Position numbers and translations under genes: made by a program. 64,000 bases of DNA from Phycisphaerae bacterium (GTDB lineage Bacteria; Planctomycetota; Phycisphaerae; JAJVII01), in NCBI GenBank assembly GCA_022072085.1, contig JAJVII010000046.1, forward strand, positions 6,597-70,596. The letters run 5' to 3'. Under the pieces are notes generated by a model. That model saw only the letters and a list, made by a program, of their open reading frames with translations. It was not told the DNA's origin and ran no database searches. Positions 1 through 15,690 of this stretch are shown piece after piece. Numbering within the stretch: position 1 is the stretch's first letter; each line of letters opens with the position of its first letter.

Positions 1-2
1 GG

Positions 3-677
3 ATGAGCCAACTGGCCTGCCAGATGATGCTGATGGCGATGGCCATGGAACTGCTGGCTGTGCGGGACGACCCGCGCGTGCGGCAGGCGCTGGCCGGCGC
101 GGTCCGCGACACGAAGCTGCACTATGACGCGTCGCGCCGCGTGTTCATGGAGAACGCGGCGCTGGACGGGACGAGCCTGCGGGCGAGCCCGGATGGGCGG
201 CTGTGCAGCCCGGGGCATTCGATCGAGATGGCATGGCACCTGTTGCACGCGCTGGAGTTCCTGCCGCCGGACGAGGCGGCCGCCGCGATGGCGCTCGAGG
301 CGATCGAGGGGTCGATGCAGTTCGGCTGGGACGAGCAATACGGCGGGCTGCTCTACTTCCGGGACGTCGAGGGCCGGCCGGTGCTGTTCCCCGAGCACTT
401 CATGAAGCTCTGGTGGGTGCACACCGAGGCCAGCTACGCCCTGGTGCTGGCCCACCTGCGGACGGGCGAGGAACGCTGGCTGACGTGGCTGGAGAAGCTG
501 AGCGACTACGCGTGGCGGCTGTTCCCGGACCCGCAGCACGGCGAATGGTTCGGATACTGCGACCGCCAGGGCAACCGAACGCACGACTGCAAGGGGGGCA
601 GCTACAAGGGCTTCTTCCACGTGCCGCGGTTCCTGATGACCACGGCCCAGTTGATCGAGCGCAACTCAGGCCGGTAG
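3..677 (+). CDS. N-acylglucosamine 2-epimerase (AGE) family protein, C-terminal fragment (5' end outside window)
   Basis: ORF open at window edge; AGE-family motifs GHSIEMAWHLL, KLWWVHTEASYAL, GEWFGYCDRQG and KGFFHVPRFL. Confidence 0.75.
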   Translation: MSQLACQMMLMAMAMELLAVRDDPRVRQALAGAVRDTKLHYDASRRVFMENAALDGTSLRASPDGRLCSPGHSIEMAWHLLHALEFLPPDEAAAAMALEAIEGSMQFGWDEQYGGLLYFRDVEGRPVLFPEHFMKLWWVHTEASYALVLAHLRTGEERWLTWLEKLSDYAWRLFPDPQHGEWFGYCDRQGNRTHDCKGGSYKGFFHVPRFLMTTAQLIERNSGR

Positions 678-696
678 CCGCCGCGACCGGAAGCGG

Positions 697-3591
697 TCAC
701 GGCCTGGAAATGTCAGCCAGCTTCAGCGTCGCGGTCTTGTGGTAGTCGAGCTTCACGCTGACGATCCGGGCGTTGCCCAGGTCGGAGATGAACAGGCGGT
801 GATCGGTGTCGGTGGCCATGTTCGACGGATGGACCAGGGCCACCTCGTCGCCGCCGATCTGGCGTGTCGATGCGGGCCCGCCGTCGGCCACCAGCGGCCG
901 GCCGTCGTCGACGCTGCCCCATCGGCCGATGCGGCAGATCGTGTTGCCGTTGCTGTCCAGGACGACGACGTCGCAGCGGTTGATCTCCGGGGCGAAGGTG
1001 CGGGCGAAGGCGTCGAAGGCCGGTTTGGAGATCGCCTCGCAGTGGCAGGCGCGGATCTGGGCGACGATCGAGTGCGAGTCCAGCCCGACGCCGCCGTAGA
1101 ACCACTTGGCGCCCTCGACCCAGGCCGGCCCCAGGCCGGACCGCCAGTTGGACAGGTCCGGCGGGCGCTCGGGCTTGGCGCCCAGCGGAACCGCGCCGGC
1201 GTTGCAGAGCACCTTGGCGCCGATCATCGGCGTCTTGAGCAGCGTGCAGGCGGCGTCGTTGGCGAAGCTCTTGCCGTCCAGAAGCCGCCGGGCCGACGCC
1301 ATCATGTAGAGGTTGTCGTCCTTGTCGATGCTGATGCCCGAGCAGATGCCCATGCCCGGCAGCAGGTCGTCCTGGATGAGCTGGCCGTGCTGGTCCCACA
1401 GGTGAACGACCCACTGGACCGCACGGCCGGGGTAGATCCGCGGCTCATAGGGGATCACGCCGGCGACCTGGATGTTCGGCTCCCCCTCGCGCGTCTGGAG
1501 CTTGCCCTCGATGTCCAGCGTCAGGGCGATGTGGCCGCGCGGCGAGACGGCCATGCCGCCTTCCTGGGCCGAGACGAAGTTATGCCCGCGGGCCACGACG
1601 CCCGACATGATGTCCGTCGTTCGGAAGCCCTGGTTGCCGATGCGATGGCGCTCCTCGCCGTAGTCGAAGGGAACCTCGCGCCAGGGGGCCCTGCCCTCGG
1701 CGCCGCCGGTGAACCGGGCGATGACATTGGTCGTCCGCACGTAAAGCAGGCCCTGCTGGTCGAACGCGAGATCCTCGCCGTCGAAGGGCATCGGGACGAC
1801 CTTGACACGGCCGGTCGCCGGGTCGATGCCGATCAGCTCGCTGATGCTCTTGGAAAGGACGTTGGAAGGCTGGTGCTGCTCGCCGGCGTAGACCCAGCCG
1901 TTTTGCGGGTTGCAGTAGAGCCGCTGTCGGCCGAAATGCGGAGCGCGGACCCAGGTGACGGCCTTGGCCGCGTCGCGGGCGAAGTCGCGGGCCGGCGTCC
2001 ACCGGTCGCCTTGGAGCTGGTAGATGCGGATCTGCTCGCCCGCCCACGAGCTCTCCGCGCCGGCCACCCACAGCCGCAGCGGGTCGGCCCAGGTGTCCAG
2101 CGCGACGCGGACCTGCGTGCCGCCGAAGTGGTCCCAGGTGTTCCAGACCGTGTCGAGTCGGAACGGCAGGCCGACGGGCGAGCCGGAGGGCTTCGGGGCG
2201 TCCAGCGGCGCCAGCTTCGTCATCGTCAGCTCGACCTTGACCTTCGGGCTGGTGTACTCCAGGTGGGAGTTGATCAGCAGCCAGGAGAAGACGTAGAGCG
2301 CGTCGCCCTTGTCGTCGACGACGAGCTTGACCGGCTTGGCGGCCTTGACGCTCCGCAGCAGCTTGCCCGCGTCGTCGAAGACCTGGACGCGGTCGTTCAT
2401 GTAGTCGGCGACGTAGATGCGGCCCTTCGCGTCGATGGCGACGCTGCACGGCGTGCGGAAGCTGTCGTCGGCGGCCGTGCCGACGCGGTCGTCCATCCGG
2501 CCTTTGAAGATCTCGGGCGCCGCGTCGAGTTGGCCGCCGTAGGGGACGCGGACGACGCCGTCCAGCCAGCGGTGGCGCGACCCGCCGGTGCCCCAGGACT
2601 CGCCCCAGCGGAACCCGGTCATGTAGACCCACTTGCCGTCCGGGCTGATGGCCGCGCTGCGCGGGCCGACCTGGCGGTCGCCCGTGTAGCCGAGGTAGTT
2701 CCGCACCTTCACGGTGAACGAGGTCACCGGTCCGCCCAGCGGCAGGCCGCCCGTCGTGCCGTCGGTCGCCAGCCGATTCAGCCGGGCGTTGGCCAGCGCG
2801 ATGCGGCCGCCGCGGACCGCCATCGCCGTCGCCGCCGGACTGACCGCGTTGCTCCCGCCGCAGGGCCACGCCCGGCCGAAGCGCAGGTCAGCCGATGTCA
2901 GCAGCGTCGTCTGCGGCAGCGTCCACTTGACCGGATAGGCCTTGCCGCCCGGCCACAGTTCGACCGTCTTGAGCCCGAGAATCTTGCCGCCGGCCATCGC
3001 GTCGGCCGGAAAGGGGTAGATCGTCCGCACGTAGTTGCCGTCGTGGTCGTAGAGGCAGAGCCGGTCGCCCCCGCCGCCCTCGCAGACATAGACGCCGTCG
3101 GCGGTGGGGACCATCACCGGCAGCAACGACGCCAGCGCCGTCGGCGGTGCGATGCGCTTCTGCGGCGACCAGAAGAGCGTCCGCTCCAGACGCGGCGCCA
3201 GTCCGAGCGAGACGCGAATGCGGCAGGCGTCGGGCGCCTCGACATAGCGGCCCATGTCGTCCTTGCCGTCCCAGACGATCGTCTGCCGGAGCGAGTTGGC
3301 CTGGAACGGCGCCGGGGCGTTGGCCCCCAGCACGCCGCAGGCCAGGTGGCGGAGGATCATCGGCTCGCCGCCCGGGCCCGCCCCGGGACGCTCCACCGCC
3401 ACCGTCGCGTCGCACCAGGCCTTGCTCGTGAAGGTGATCGTGACGCGGTCGCCGTCGCGCGTCGCGGCCGGGGCAGCCGTGAAGTCGAAGACCTCCTGGC
3501 GGCTGATGCTCAGCTCGTCGCCGCCGGCAGCCGGCACGGCCGCGGGCGTCAGGGCCAGAAAGATCGCGAAAGCGTGCCGGGCGATGGGCAT
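697..3591 (-). CDS. secreted NHL-repeat / beta-propeller protein, function unknown
   Basis: 964-aa ORF; signal peptide MPIARHAFAIFLALTPAAVPAAG; NHL-like repeats (GRIYVADYMNDRVQVFD, RLFISDLGNARIVSV). Confidence 0.7.
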   Translation of the reverse strand: MPIARHAFAIFLALTPAAVPAAGGDELSISRQEVFDFTAAPAATRDGDRVTITFTSKAWCDATVAVERPGAGPGGEPMILRHLACGVLGANAPAPFQANSLRQTIVWDGKDDMGRYVEAPDACRIRVSLGLAPRLERTLFWSPQKRIAPPTALASLLPVMVPTADGVYVCEGGGGDRLCLYDHDGNYVRTIYPFPADAMAGGKILGLKTVELWPGGKAYPVKWTLPQTTLLTSADLRFGRAWPCGGSNAVSPAATAMAVRGGRIALANARLNRLATDGTTGGLPLGGPVTSFTVKVRNYLGYTGDRQVGPRSAAISPDGKWVYMTGFRWGESWGTGGSRHRWLDGVVRVPYGGQLDAAPEIFKGRMDDRVGTAADDSFRTPCSVAIDAKGRIYVADYMNDRVQVFDDAGKLLRSVKAAKPVKLVVDDKGDALYVFSWLLINSHLEYTSPKVKVELTMTKLAPLDAPKPSGSPVGLPFRLDTVWNTWDHFGGTQVRVALDTWADPLRLWVAGAESSWAGEQIRIYQLQGDRWTPARDFARDAAKAVTWVRAPHFGRQRLYCNPQNGWVYAGEQHQPSNVLSKSISELIGIDPATGRVKVVPMPFDGEDLAFDQQGLLYVRTTNVIARFTGGAEGRAPWREVPFDYGEERHRIGNQGFRTTDIMSGVVARGHNFVSAQEGGMAVSPRGHIALTLDIEGKLQTREGEPNIQVAGVIPYEPRIYPGRAVQWVVHLWDQHGQLIQDDLLPGMGICSGISIDKDDNLYMMASARRLLDGKSFANDAACTLLKTPMIGAKVLCNAGAVPLGAKPERPPDLSNWRSGLGPAWVEGAKWFYGGVGLDSHSIVAQIRACHCEAISKPAFDAFARTFAPEINRCDVVVLDSNGNTICRIGRWGSVDDGRPLVADGGPASTRQIGGDEVALVHPSNMATDTDHRLFISDLGNARIVSVKLDYHKTATLKLADISRP

Positions 3592-3815
3592 CGTTTCACC
3601 TGCCGATTGAACACGGCCGATCCGCCGGGGTTGCCCGGGTTTCTCCCGACGCGACGACGACCGAAAGGATCGAAACCTATCATAGGGCCTGCCCGGCGGC
3701 GGGTGCGGTCCGATTCACGTTGACTTGCTCGCCGGTGCAGAATATCGATATGGGGAGTCGATTTCGGACAGACCGGCCCGCGGCGTGCCGCCCGGCTGAC
3801 CGTCGGATATCCACC

Positions 3816-6620
<2,805 letters not shown>

Positions 6621-6654
6621 CGGAAGATGTCGAATTCCTTGTCCGGAAACCACC

Positions 6655-7893
<1,239 letters not shown>

Positions 7894-7895
7894 GC

Positions 7896-9299
<1,404 letters not shown>

Positions 9300-9307
9300 C
9301 TGCAACC

Positions 9308-9988
9308 ATGACCGACGCGAACCATGTGCCGACCGAGTTTCTCCAGCGCTGCGGGGTGGACCTGACCGCCAGGCCGATTGACACGCTGCGCCGTCTGCAC
9401 GCCAACCTCGTCGCAGCCAACCAGCAAGCCAACCTGACGCGGATCACCGACGAGCGCGACTACTGGATTCGTCATGTGGCTGACAGCCTGGCGATCGGGC
9501 TGGCCTGGCCGGCGGCGATGACCGACGCCCTGCGCGTCGCGGACGTGGGCTGCGGAGCGGGCTTTCCGGCGCTGCCGCTGGCCTGGGCGAACCCGAGGCT
9601 GGAGGTGGTCGGCATCGAGTCGCACCGCCGCAAGGCCGACTTCGTTGCCGCGCAGGCGGCAGAGCTGGGGCTGGCCAACTGCCGCGTCATCGCCCGCCAG
9701 GCCCGCGAGGCCGCCCGGATGCCCGAGGCGTCGCAGCGGTTCGACGCCGTGCTGTTGCGGGCGGTCGCCGAGGCCGGCCGAATGATCCGCGACTGCCGCG
9801 AGCTGCTGCGCCCGGGCGTCGGGGCGCGGATCGTACACTACAAGACGCCGGTCGCCGTCGCGGAGGAGATGCCCCTGGCCCGCCGCGAGGCCGACAAGTT
9901 CGGATTCTCGCTGGAGACGTCGGACGTGATCGCGCTGCCCGGCGGCGCCGGCGAGCGGCAGTTCCTGATCTGCATGCGGCGCGATTGA
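9308..9988 (+). CDS. rsmG: 16S rRNA (guanine527-N7)-methyltransferase
   Basis: ATG at 9308 inside the listed 8888-9988 ORF; RsmG/GidB pattern NLTRITDERDYWIRHVADSL and SAM motif DVGCGAGFPALPLA. Confidence 0.85.
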   Translation: MTDANHVPTEFLQRCGVDLTARPIDTLRRLHANLVAANQQANLTRITDERDYWIRHVADSLAIGLAWPAAMTDALRVADVGCGAGFPALPLAWANPRLEVVGIESHRRKADFVAAQAAELGLANCRVIARQAREAARMPEASQRFDAVLLRAVAEAGRMIRDCRELLRPGVGARIVHYKTPVAVAEEMPLARREADKFGFSLETSDVIALPGGAGERQFLICMRRD

Positions 9989-10007
9989 AACGCCCGCCGG
10001 ACGCGCC

Positions 10008-11402
10008 TCAACTCTTGGGATAATCCTTCCCGGCCAGGCTGTCGCGGACGGAGTCCTGCCACTGGCGGGCGATGGCGCTCATTCGCTCGACGCGAGCCGG
10101 TTCCTTGTCGGCCAGATTGGTTGTCTCGCGGGCGTCCTTGGTCAGGTCGAAGAGCATCACCGGGGCAAGGGCCTCCTTGCCGCCGCTCCTGGGCGAGAGA
10201 TGCAGTTTGTAGTCCCCGTCGATGAGCGTCACCCAGTCGTCCTTCTTGCCCTGGTAGACCCAGAAGGGCATCGGCTTGGGGCGTCGATCCATCTTGCCGG
10301 CCAGCAGCGGCGCGAGGCTGACGCCGTCGATAGGCAGCGGCTGGTCAGGCGCCTTAAGGCCCAGCAGGTCCACGATCGTCGGGTAGATGTCCAGAGTCGA
10401 GGCGGGCAGGCCGGTGACGGTCGGCCTGGTCAGACGCCCCGGCCACTCGATGATGCCGGGCACGCGGACGCCGCCCTCCCACAACGTGGCCTTCCTGCCG
10501 CGCAGGTCGCCCGTCGAGCGGGCGTCGAAGTTCGCGCCGTTGTCGCTGCAGAACCAGACCAGCGTGTTGTCGGCGATACCGAGGCGGCGCAACTCGGACC
10601 GCAGTCGGCCCATGCTGCGGTCGACGGCCGACAGTTCGCCGTAGTAGTTTTGCTCCTTGAGCGGGCGGCCGGCGTAGAGGGCGCGGTCCTTTTCCTGGGC
10701 CTGGTGCGGCAGGTGCGGCGAGCCATACCAGATCACGGCCAGGAACGGCTTCTTCTCCCTGTCGGCGGCGGCAGTCGAAATGAACTTGAGGGCCTCATCG
10801 ACGATGATGTCGGACCCGTCGCCGTGGAACTGCTCGGTGACGCCGTTGCGGCTCATCTTCGGATCGAGGTCAAAGTAGTTGGTGACCGAGACCCACTGGT
10901 CGAAGCCGCACCGTCCTGGATTCAGCGGGTCGGCGGCCGGGATCGGGCGACCCGCCCCCGAGTGCCCGTCCAGGTGCCACTTGCCGAAGTGCCCTGTGAC
11001 GTAGCCCGCGGCCTTGAGCGCCTGGGCAATGGTCCTCTCCTGCGGGCGGATCGGCTTGCCGTGGGTGAAGCAGCCGAAGCGGTTGGGATGCCGGCCGGTC
11101 ATCACGCTGCCGCGCGTCGGCGAACAGACGGGGTGGGCCGCATAGAAGCAATCGAAGCGCAGACCAGCCGACGCCATTGCGTCAAGCACCGGCGTCTTGA
11201 GCACCGGATGCCCGTTGTAGCTCGTGTCGCCCCAGCCCTGGTCGTCGGTCATGCACAGGACGATGTTCGGCCGCGCCGGTAGTTGCGGCGCCGCGTCTTC
11301 GCCCCTCAACACCAACGGCATCGCTCCGAGCAAGGGGATGGCGGCCGCCGATCCCGCCACCGTTCGAATGAACTCGCGCCGGCCGAGGCTTGTCCCACGC
11401 AT
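10008..11402 (-). CDS. sulfatase (formylglycine-dependent, arylsulfatase A family), Tat-exported
   Basis: Twin-arginine signal GRREFIRTVAGSAAA; sulfatase signature CSPTRGSVMTGR; MTDDQGWGD metal-binding start. Confidence 0.9.
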   Translation of the reverse strand: MRGTSLGRREFIRTVAGSAAAIPLLGAMPLVLRGEDAAPQLPARPNIVLCMTDDQGWGDTSYNGHPVLKTPVLDAMASAGLRFDCFYAAHPVCSPTRGSVMTGRHPNRFGCFTHGKPIRPQERTIAQALKAAGYVTGHFGKWHLDGHSGAGRPIPAADPLNPGRCGFDQWVSVTNYFDLDPKMSRNGVTEQFHGDGSDIIVDEALKFISTAAADREKKPFLAVIWYGSPHLPHQAQEKDRALYAGRPLKEQNYYGELSAVDRSMGRLRSELRRLGIADNTLVWFCSDNGANFDARSTGDLRGRKATLWEGGVRVPGIIEWPGRLTRPTVTGLPASTLDIYPTIVDLLGLKAPDQPLPIDGVSLAPLLAGKMDRRPKPMPFWVYQGKKDDWVTLIDGDYKLHLSPRSGGKEALAPVMLFDLTKDARETTNLADKEPARVERMSAIARQWQDSVRDSLAGKDYPKS

Positions 11403-11423
11403 GGTCGCATCTCCGGTCAGTGG

Positions 11424-14090
11424 CTACTTGCCGCCGATCGTCGCGGCGGCTTCAGCGGCCAGATCGAACAACTCCCCGTCACGCTTCTGCCAGTCCGAGG
11501 ACTCCAGCGCCAGCCAGTTGGCTTCCCAGCCCGGGCGGACGTTGGTCCGCAGGTAGTAGCGGGCCCGCTCGTCCAGCAGCTTGGCCAGCCGGGCGGCGAA
11601 GTCCGCGTCCACCTTCTTGTCGATGACGGCCTTCTGACAGTAGGCAATGGCCTCGGCCACCTGAACCCCCTCGCGGAACATTTCGTAGCGCGTGCTGGCG
11701 ATCGGCCCATCGGGTCCGGGCGCGACCAATGAGGTCACGCTGTTGGGCATGCCGACGGCGAACTGCGTGTTGCACATGACCTCCAGGCGGCCGCGCGGGC
11801 CGATGGGAACCGGCCAGAAGTCGCCGCCGACGTGCCCGATGCCGCGCAGGTTGCCCTGCATCGCCCCTTCGCTGATGAAGCGGAAGCATATCAACGGCGA
11901 GGTCTCGCTCAGCCGCGAGATGATGCCCTGGCCGACGCGCGGGTTGGCCATCTCGATCCGCTTGGCCCCGGCGGTCCAGGCGGCCGGATAGCCGCCGCCT
12001 TTGCCGGAGTCGGGGTTGTAGAGCCCGCCGCAGCCCCAGACCCATTCGCTGTAGGGGACCGGCATGCCGCCCCAGACGCTCGGATTGCCGTGGCTGCAAT
12101 TCATCCACTTGCCGTCGGGCCAGATCGCCTTGTATTCGTCCACGAGATCCTTGGCCGGGAAGTAGCAGTAGCTGGTGAACGCGACGGCCGTCACATCAAA
12201 CCAGCCGAGCTTTTCGAGCCGCTTGCGCACCTCGCCGAGCACGGGCTTCCAGAAGTCCTGGTTTTCCTGCGTGCCGTAGGGCGGCTGGAGCATCGACTCG
12301 GTCTTGCCGGTCTCGGGGTCGAGCGCCGTCACCGGCAGCACCTTGACCTCCTTGTCGCCCTCCTTGTAGTAGCTCCAGACGTAGAGGGCGACGATGTCGG
12401 GCCTGCCCGCAGCCGCCTTGTAGGTCTCCAGGTAGCGGTCGAGGATCGTGTAGTCGTGCTTGAACGAGCCGTCCTTCTGGCGGACCCAGCGGACCATCGA
12501 CTCGCGGTTGCCCAGGTTGCTGCCCTGCTCCACCAGCGGCAGGACGCACAGGCCGTTGCCCACCTCGCCAAGCAGCTTGAGCGATTGGCCGACCAGCGCG
12601 AAGTGCCTGTCGCTCCACAGGTCCGCCTTGTACCAGCGGGCCACGGATTCGGGCGACTCGAACCAGTCGTGGTGCGTGACGAAATCGCCGCTGTCCGGCA
12701 GTGTCCAGGCAAATACCTTCAGCCTGATCGGCACGGCGAATTGCGCCGGCCCGGCCGCCCCGTCGGCCGACACGTTCAGCGTGCCCTCGTATTCGCCCGC
12801 AGCCGCGCCGCGCGGCACGCGGACCGTCGCCCAGACCGGCACGACGGCCGCCGGCGCCGGCTGCGCCTTGCGGTTGCGGATCGACACCTTGACCGGTGCG
12901 ACCTCCGCCGGCATCTGCGGAAGCAGCCGCTCGAAGCGCTGCTCGCCGTTGCGGGTGCTGTCGGGCTTAGACTGCTCGGCCCAGCGGATCTCGATGGCCG
13001 AGGCGGGGATCTTCGCCCCGCCCGCGCCGACCAGGTCCGTCGCGGAGGCCTTGAGATTCCGGATCGCCGCGCCGCTGCTGAGCACGACCTTGCCGGAGAA
13101 CGTACCGTTGGGCAGCCCCAGCAGGCGGATCGGGCGAACGGCCTCCTGCGGCATCGCGAAGTCCCAGGCCAGCACCGATTCCAGCGCCTCGCTGTTGGTC
13201 AGTCGGACGCCTTCGCCGGGCGCAGCCGCCGAGCCCAGCCCGGCCGGCGAGTCGGCCGACAGCAACGCGTTAATCACGCCGGCGTGCGGCCAGGGCGTCG
13301 GCTCGCCGCGCCAGGTGCGGTTGGCCAGCGGCGTCTCGACGATCAGCGTGCTCAGCGGGGCAGCCAGCGACTGGATCGCGATGACGTTGACGCCCTTGCG
13401 GAGCATCGACGACGGGACAGCCACGCCCGCGGCGCCCCCATTGGCGGCCAGGTGGCGGGTGCGGACCTTCACGCGCTCAGCCAGTTCCTTGTTCTTCTCG
13501 TCGCCCTCGCTGTATCGCTTGCCGTCGGGGCGGATGTAGGCCTCGGGGGGATAGGGGTCAGCCAGCGTGTCGCCGCTCAGTTCGCCGGCCGGCAGATGCT
13601 GGCGGGTCAGCTCGACGCCGTTGACATAGACCACCAGGCCGCCGTAGTAGTCGGCCGACAGCGTCAGGGCGCCGACCTTCTGCGGGTCGTCGACGACGAA
13701 CGTGCCGCGCAGGCAGATGCGGTTCCAGTCGGCCGGCGTGCCGATGGTGTAGATGTTCTCACCGACCCATTCGCCGACGACGGCGTCGCCGTGGACCCGG
13801 GGCCAGACCGTGCCGTCGAAGTCCACGCCCGCCCAGCCGGCCGGCGGCGGGGCGGACCGGACCATCGGCACCGGCTTGCGGTCCTCTTCCTTCTGGTTGG
13901 GCGTCTTGGGATACAGCAGCGGGACGAGCTTGCCGTCGGCGTTCCGCAGCGGGGGCGTCTTGAACCCGAGGAACACGCGGAACGAACCGTTGTCCTGGTC
14001 CAGGACGGTCACGGGATCAGCCGACGCCGTCGCGGCGGCGATCAGGCCGGCAACCCCGACCATCAGCGAAATCCGGCGGAAGCGCGTCAT
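11424..14090 (-). CDS. large secreted hypothetical protein (possible glycoside-hydrolase-like / DUF4091-like C-terminal half)
   Basis: 888-aa ORF with signal peptide (MTRFRRISLMVGVAGLIAAATASA); 22 nt from the sulfatase start, same strand; function assignment is weak. Confidence 0.6.
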   Translation of the reverse strand: MTRFRRISLMVGVAGLIAAATASADPVTVLDQDNGSFRVFLGFKTPPLRNADGKLVPLLYPKTPNQKEEDRKPVPMVRSAPPPAGWAGVDFDGTVWPRVHGDAVVGEWVGENIYTIGTPADWNRICLRGTFVVDDPQKVGALTLSADYYGGLVVYVNGVELTRQHLPAGELSGDTLADPYPPEAYIRPDGKRYSEGDEKNKELAERVKVRTRHLAANGGAAGVAVPSSMLRKGVNVIAIQSLAAPLSTLIVETPLANRTWRGEPTPWPHAGVINALLSADSPAGLGSAAAPGEGVRLTNSEALESVLAWDFAMPQEAVRPIRLLGLPNGTFSGKVVLSSGAAIRNLKASATDLVGAGGAKIPASAIEIRWAEQSKPDSTRNGEQRFERLLPQMPAEVAPVKVSIRNRKAQPAPAAVVPVWATVRVPRGAAAGEYEGTLNVSADGAAGPAQFAVPIRLKVFAWTLPDSGDFVTHHDWFESPESVARWYKADLWSDRHFALVGQSLKLLGEVGNGLCVLPLVEQGSNLGNRESMVRWVRQKDGSFKHDYTILDRYLETYKAAAGRPDIVALYVWSYYKEGDKEVKVLPVTALDPETGKTESMLQPPYGTQENQDFWKPVLGEVRKRLEKLGWFDVTAVAFTSYCYFPAKDLVDEYKAIWPDGKWMNCSHGNPSVWGGMPVPYSEWVWGCGGLYNPDSGKGGGYPAAWTAGAKRIEMANPRVGQGIISRLSETSPLICFRFISEGAMQGNLRGIGHVGGDFWPVPIGPRGRLEVMCNTQFAVGMPNSVTSLVAPGPDGPIASTRYEMFREGVQVAEAIAYCQKAVIDKKVDADFAARLAKLLDERARYYLRTNVRPGWEANWLALESSDWQKRDGELFDLAAEAAATIGGK

Positions 14091-14217
14091 CGTCGTCTCC
14101 TTGTAAGTTACCTTCTATTAACCAACGCCGTCCGGGCAGGTTCTGGCTGCCGTGGCCGCTCTCGAAAGGACTTTTCAACAGGCCGCGGGGGACCTAGACT
14201 TCAGTTACAGGTAACCC

Positions 14218-15669
14218 GTGCAGCAGACGAAACGGGCGGCCGGTCGCCGTCCACATGCGAGCCGCAACATGCAAGACTCCCACGAACAGTGCCGCAGAAT
14301 ACACGCATCCAGACGCAGGGGCAAAGCCCGCATCATCCTGATCGTCGTCGTCGCTGTGGCCGTCGTCGCGGCCGCCGCGTGGTGGATGCACCGCCGCAGC
14401 CGCCGGGTCCCGCCGCCGGCCGCCGCCGCGCCCACGGTCGTCGTCGAACACGGTGACCTTCTGCTGACGGTCGAGGCCACCGGCTCGGTCGCCAGCAACC
14501 TGGACGTGGAGATCAAGTCGAAGGCCAGCGGCCGCGTCGTCGCCCTGCCCTACGATGTCAGCGACCACGTGCCCGCGCACGTGCCGGGCGCCAACGACGG
14601 CAAGGCCCTGGTCGTGGCGCTGGACCCGATCGATGAGCAGAAGCTCGTTCAGCGGGCCCAGGCCCAGCGCGACGCCGCCAAGGCCCGCCTCGACCAGGCC
14701 GACGACAGCCTGAAGATCGCCAGGGCCGACCTGGAGTCGGCCGCCCTCCGCGCCAAGGCCAACCTGGCCTCGGCCCAGGCCCGCGCCGAACTGGCCGACA
14801 TCAAGCTGGACAAGATCAAGGGCCTCTACGCCGACCAGCGCGCCAGCAAGGACGAGTTCGACAACGCCAACGCCGACCAGAAGGTTGCCCACGCCCAGGT
14901 CGACGCCGCCCAGGCGGACACCCTCGCCCTCGAGGGGCTGAAGGACACCGTCGCACTGCGGGGAGCCGAGGTCGACCTGGCCAACGCCAACCTCAAGGCC
15001 GCCCTGGTCGATCTGGCCGACGCCGAGCAGCGGCTGGCCGACACGCGCATCTTCAGCCCCATCGACGGCGTCGTCACCGACCGCAAGGTGAACATCGGGC
15101 AGATCGTCGCCAGCGGCATCGTCAACGTCGGCGGCGGCACGGCGATGATGGTCATCAGCGACCTGTCGCGCGTCTTCGTCGTTGCGTCGGTCGACGAGAG
15201 CGACATCGGCCGACTCATCGAGACCGAGAAGGTCGGCCAGGACGTGGACATCACCGTGGACGCCTACCCCGGCCGCCACTTCAGCGGGCAGGTCGAGCGG
15301 ATCACTCCGCTGGGCGTGACCGAGGCCAAGGTCGTCAGCTTCATCGTCAAGATCGAGGTCACCGGCGGCGGCAAGGAACTGCTCAAGCCGCGGATGACCG
15401 CGAATGTGACCATCCTGGCCAACCGCCGCAGCCGCGTTCTGCTGGCGCCCAATTCGGCGATCAGCTTCGACGGGCCGCAGGCCTGGGTGAACCTTCTCCA
15501 GGACGGCCGATTCGTGCGACGGAACATCACGCTGGGGCTCAACGACGGCCTGCGGGCCGAAGTCGTCAGCGGTCTGAGCGAGGGCGACGCGATCGAGGCC
15601 GGCGTCGGCCAGAAGACGCGATGGAGCAACGTCGGCAAGACCCGGGCGCCCGAGTCACAGCCGGACTGA
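14218..15669 (+). CDS. efflux transporter periplasmic adaptor subunit (HlyD/MacA family)
   Basis: N-terminal TM anchor, long coiled-coil (AKARLDQADDSLKIARADLESAALRAKANLASAQ...), beta-barrel IFSPIDGVVTDRKVNIGQ; start uncertain (GTG 14218 or ATG 14269). Confidence 0.85.
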   Translation: MQQTKRAAGRRPHASRNMQDSHEQCRRIHASRRRGKARIILIVVVAVAVVAAAAWWMHRRSRRVPPPAAAAPTVVVEHGDLLLTVEATGSVASNLDVEIKSKASGRVVALPYDVSDHVPAHVPGANDGKALVVALDPIDEQKLVQRAQAQRDAAKARLDQADDSLKIARADLESAALRAKANLASAQARAELADIKLDKIKGLYADQRASKDEFDNANADQKVAHAQVDAAQADTLALEGLKDTVALRGAEVDLANANLKAALVDLADAEQRLADTRIFSPIDGVVTDRKVNIGQIVASGIVNVGGGTAMMVISDLSRVFVVASVDESDIGRLIETEKVGQDVDITVDAYPGRHFSGQVERITPLGVTEAKVVSFIVKIEVTGGGKELLKPRMTANVTILANRRSRVLLAPNSAISFDGPQAWVNLLQDGRFVRRNITLGLNDGLRAEVVSGLSEGDAIEAGVGQKTRWSNVGKTRAPESQPD

Positions 15670-15690
15670 GGGCCCTCCGCAACCAACGCC

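Noticed and set aside
681-702. Hairpin CCGCGACCG-GAAG-CGGTCACGG between convergent genes as a bidirectional terminator.
   Set aside because: It has one mismatch in a 9-bp stem, overlaps the stop codon of the minus-strand gene, and has no U-tract. The evidence is weak.
3720-3748. TTGACT-17-TATCGA upstream of sucA as a promoter.
   Set aside because: The -10 candidate lacks the conserved final T. The call would be guesswork without 5'-end data.
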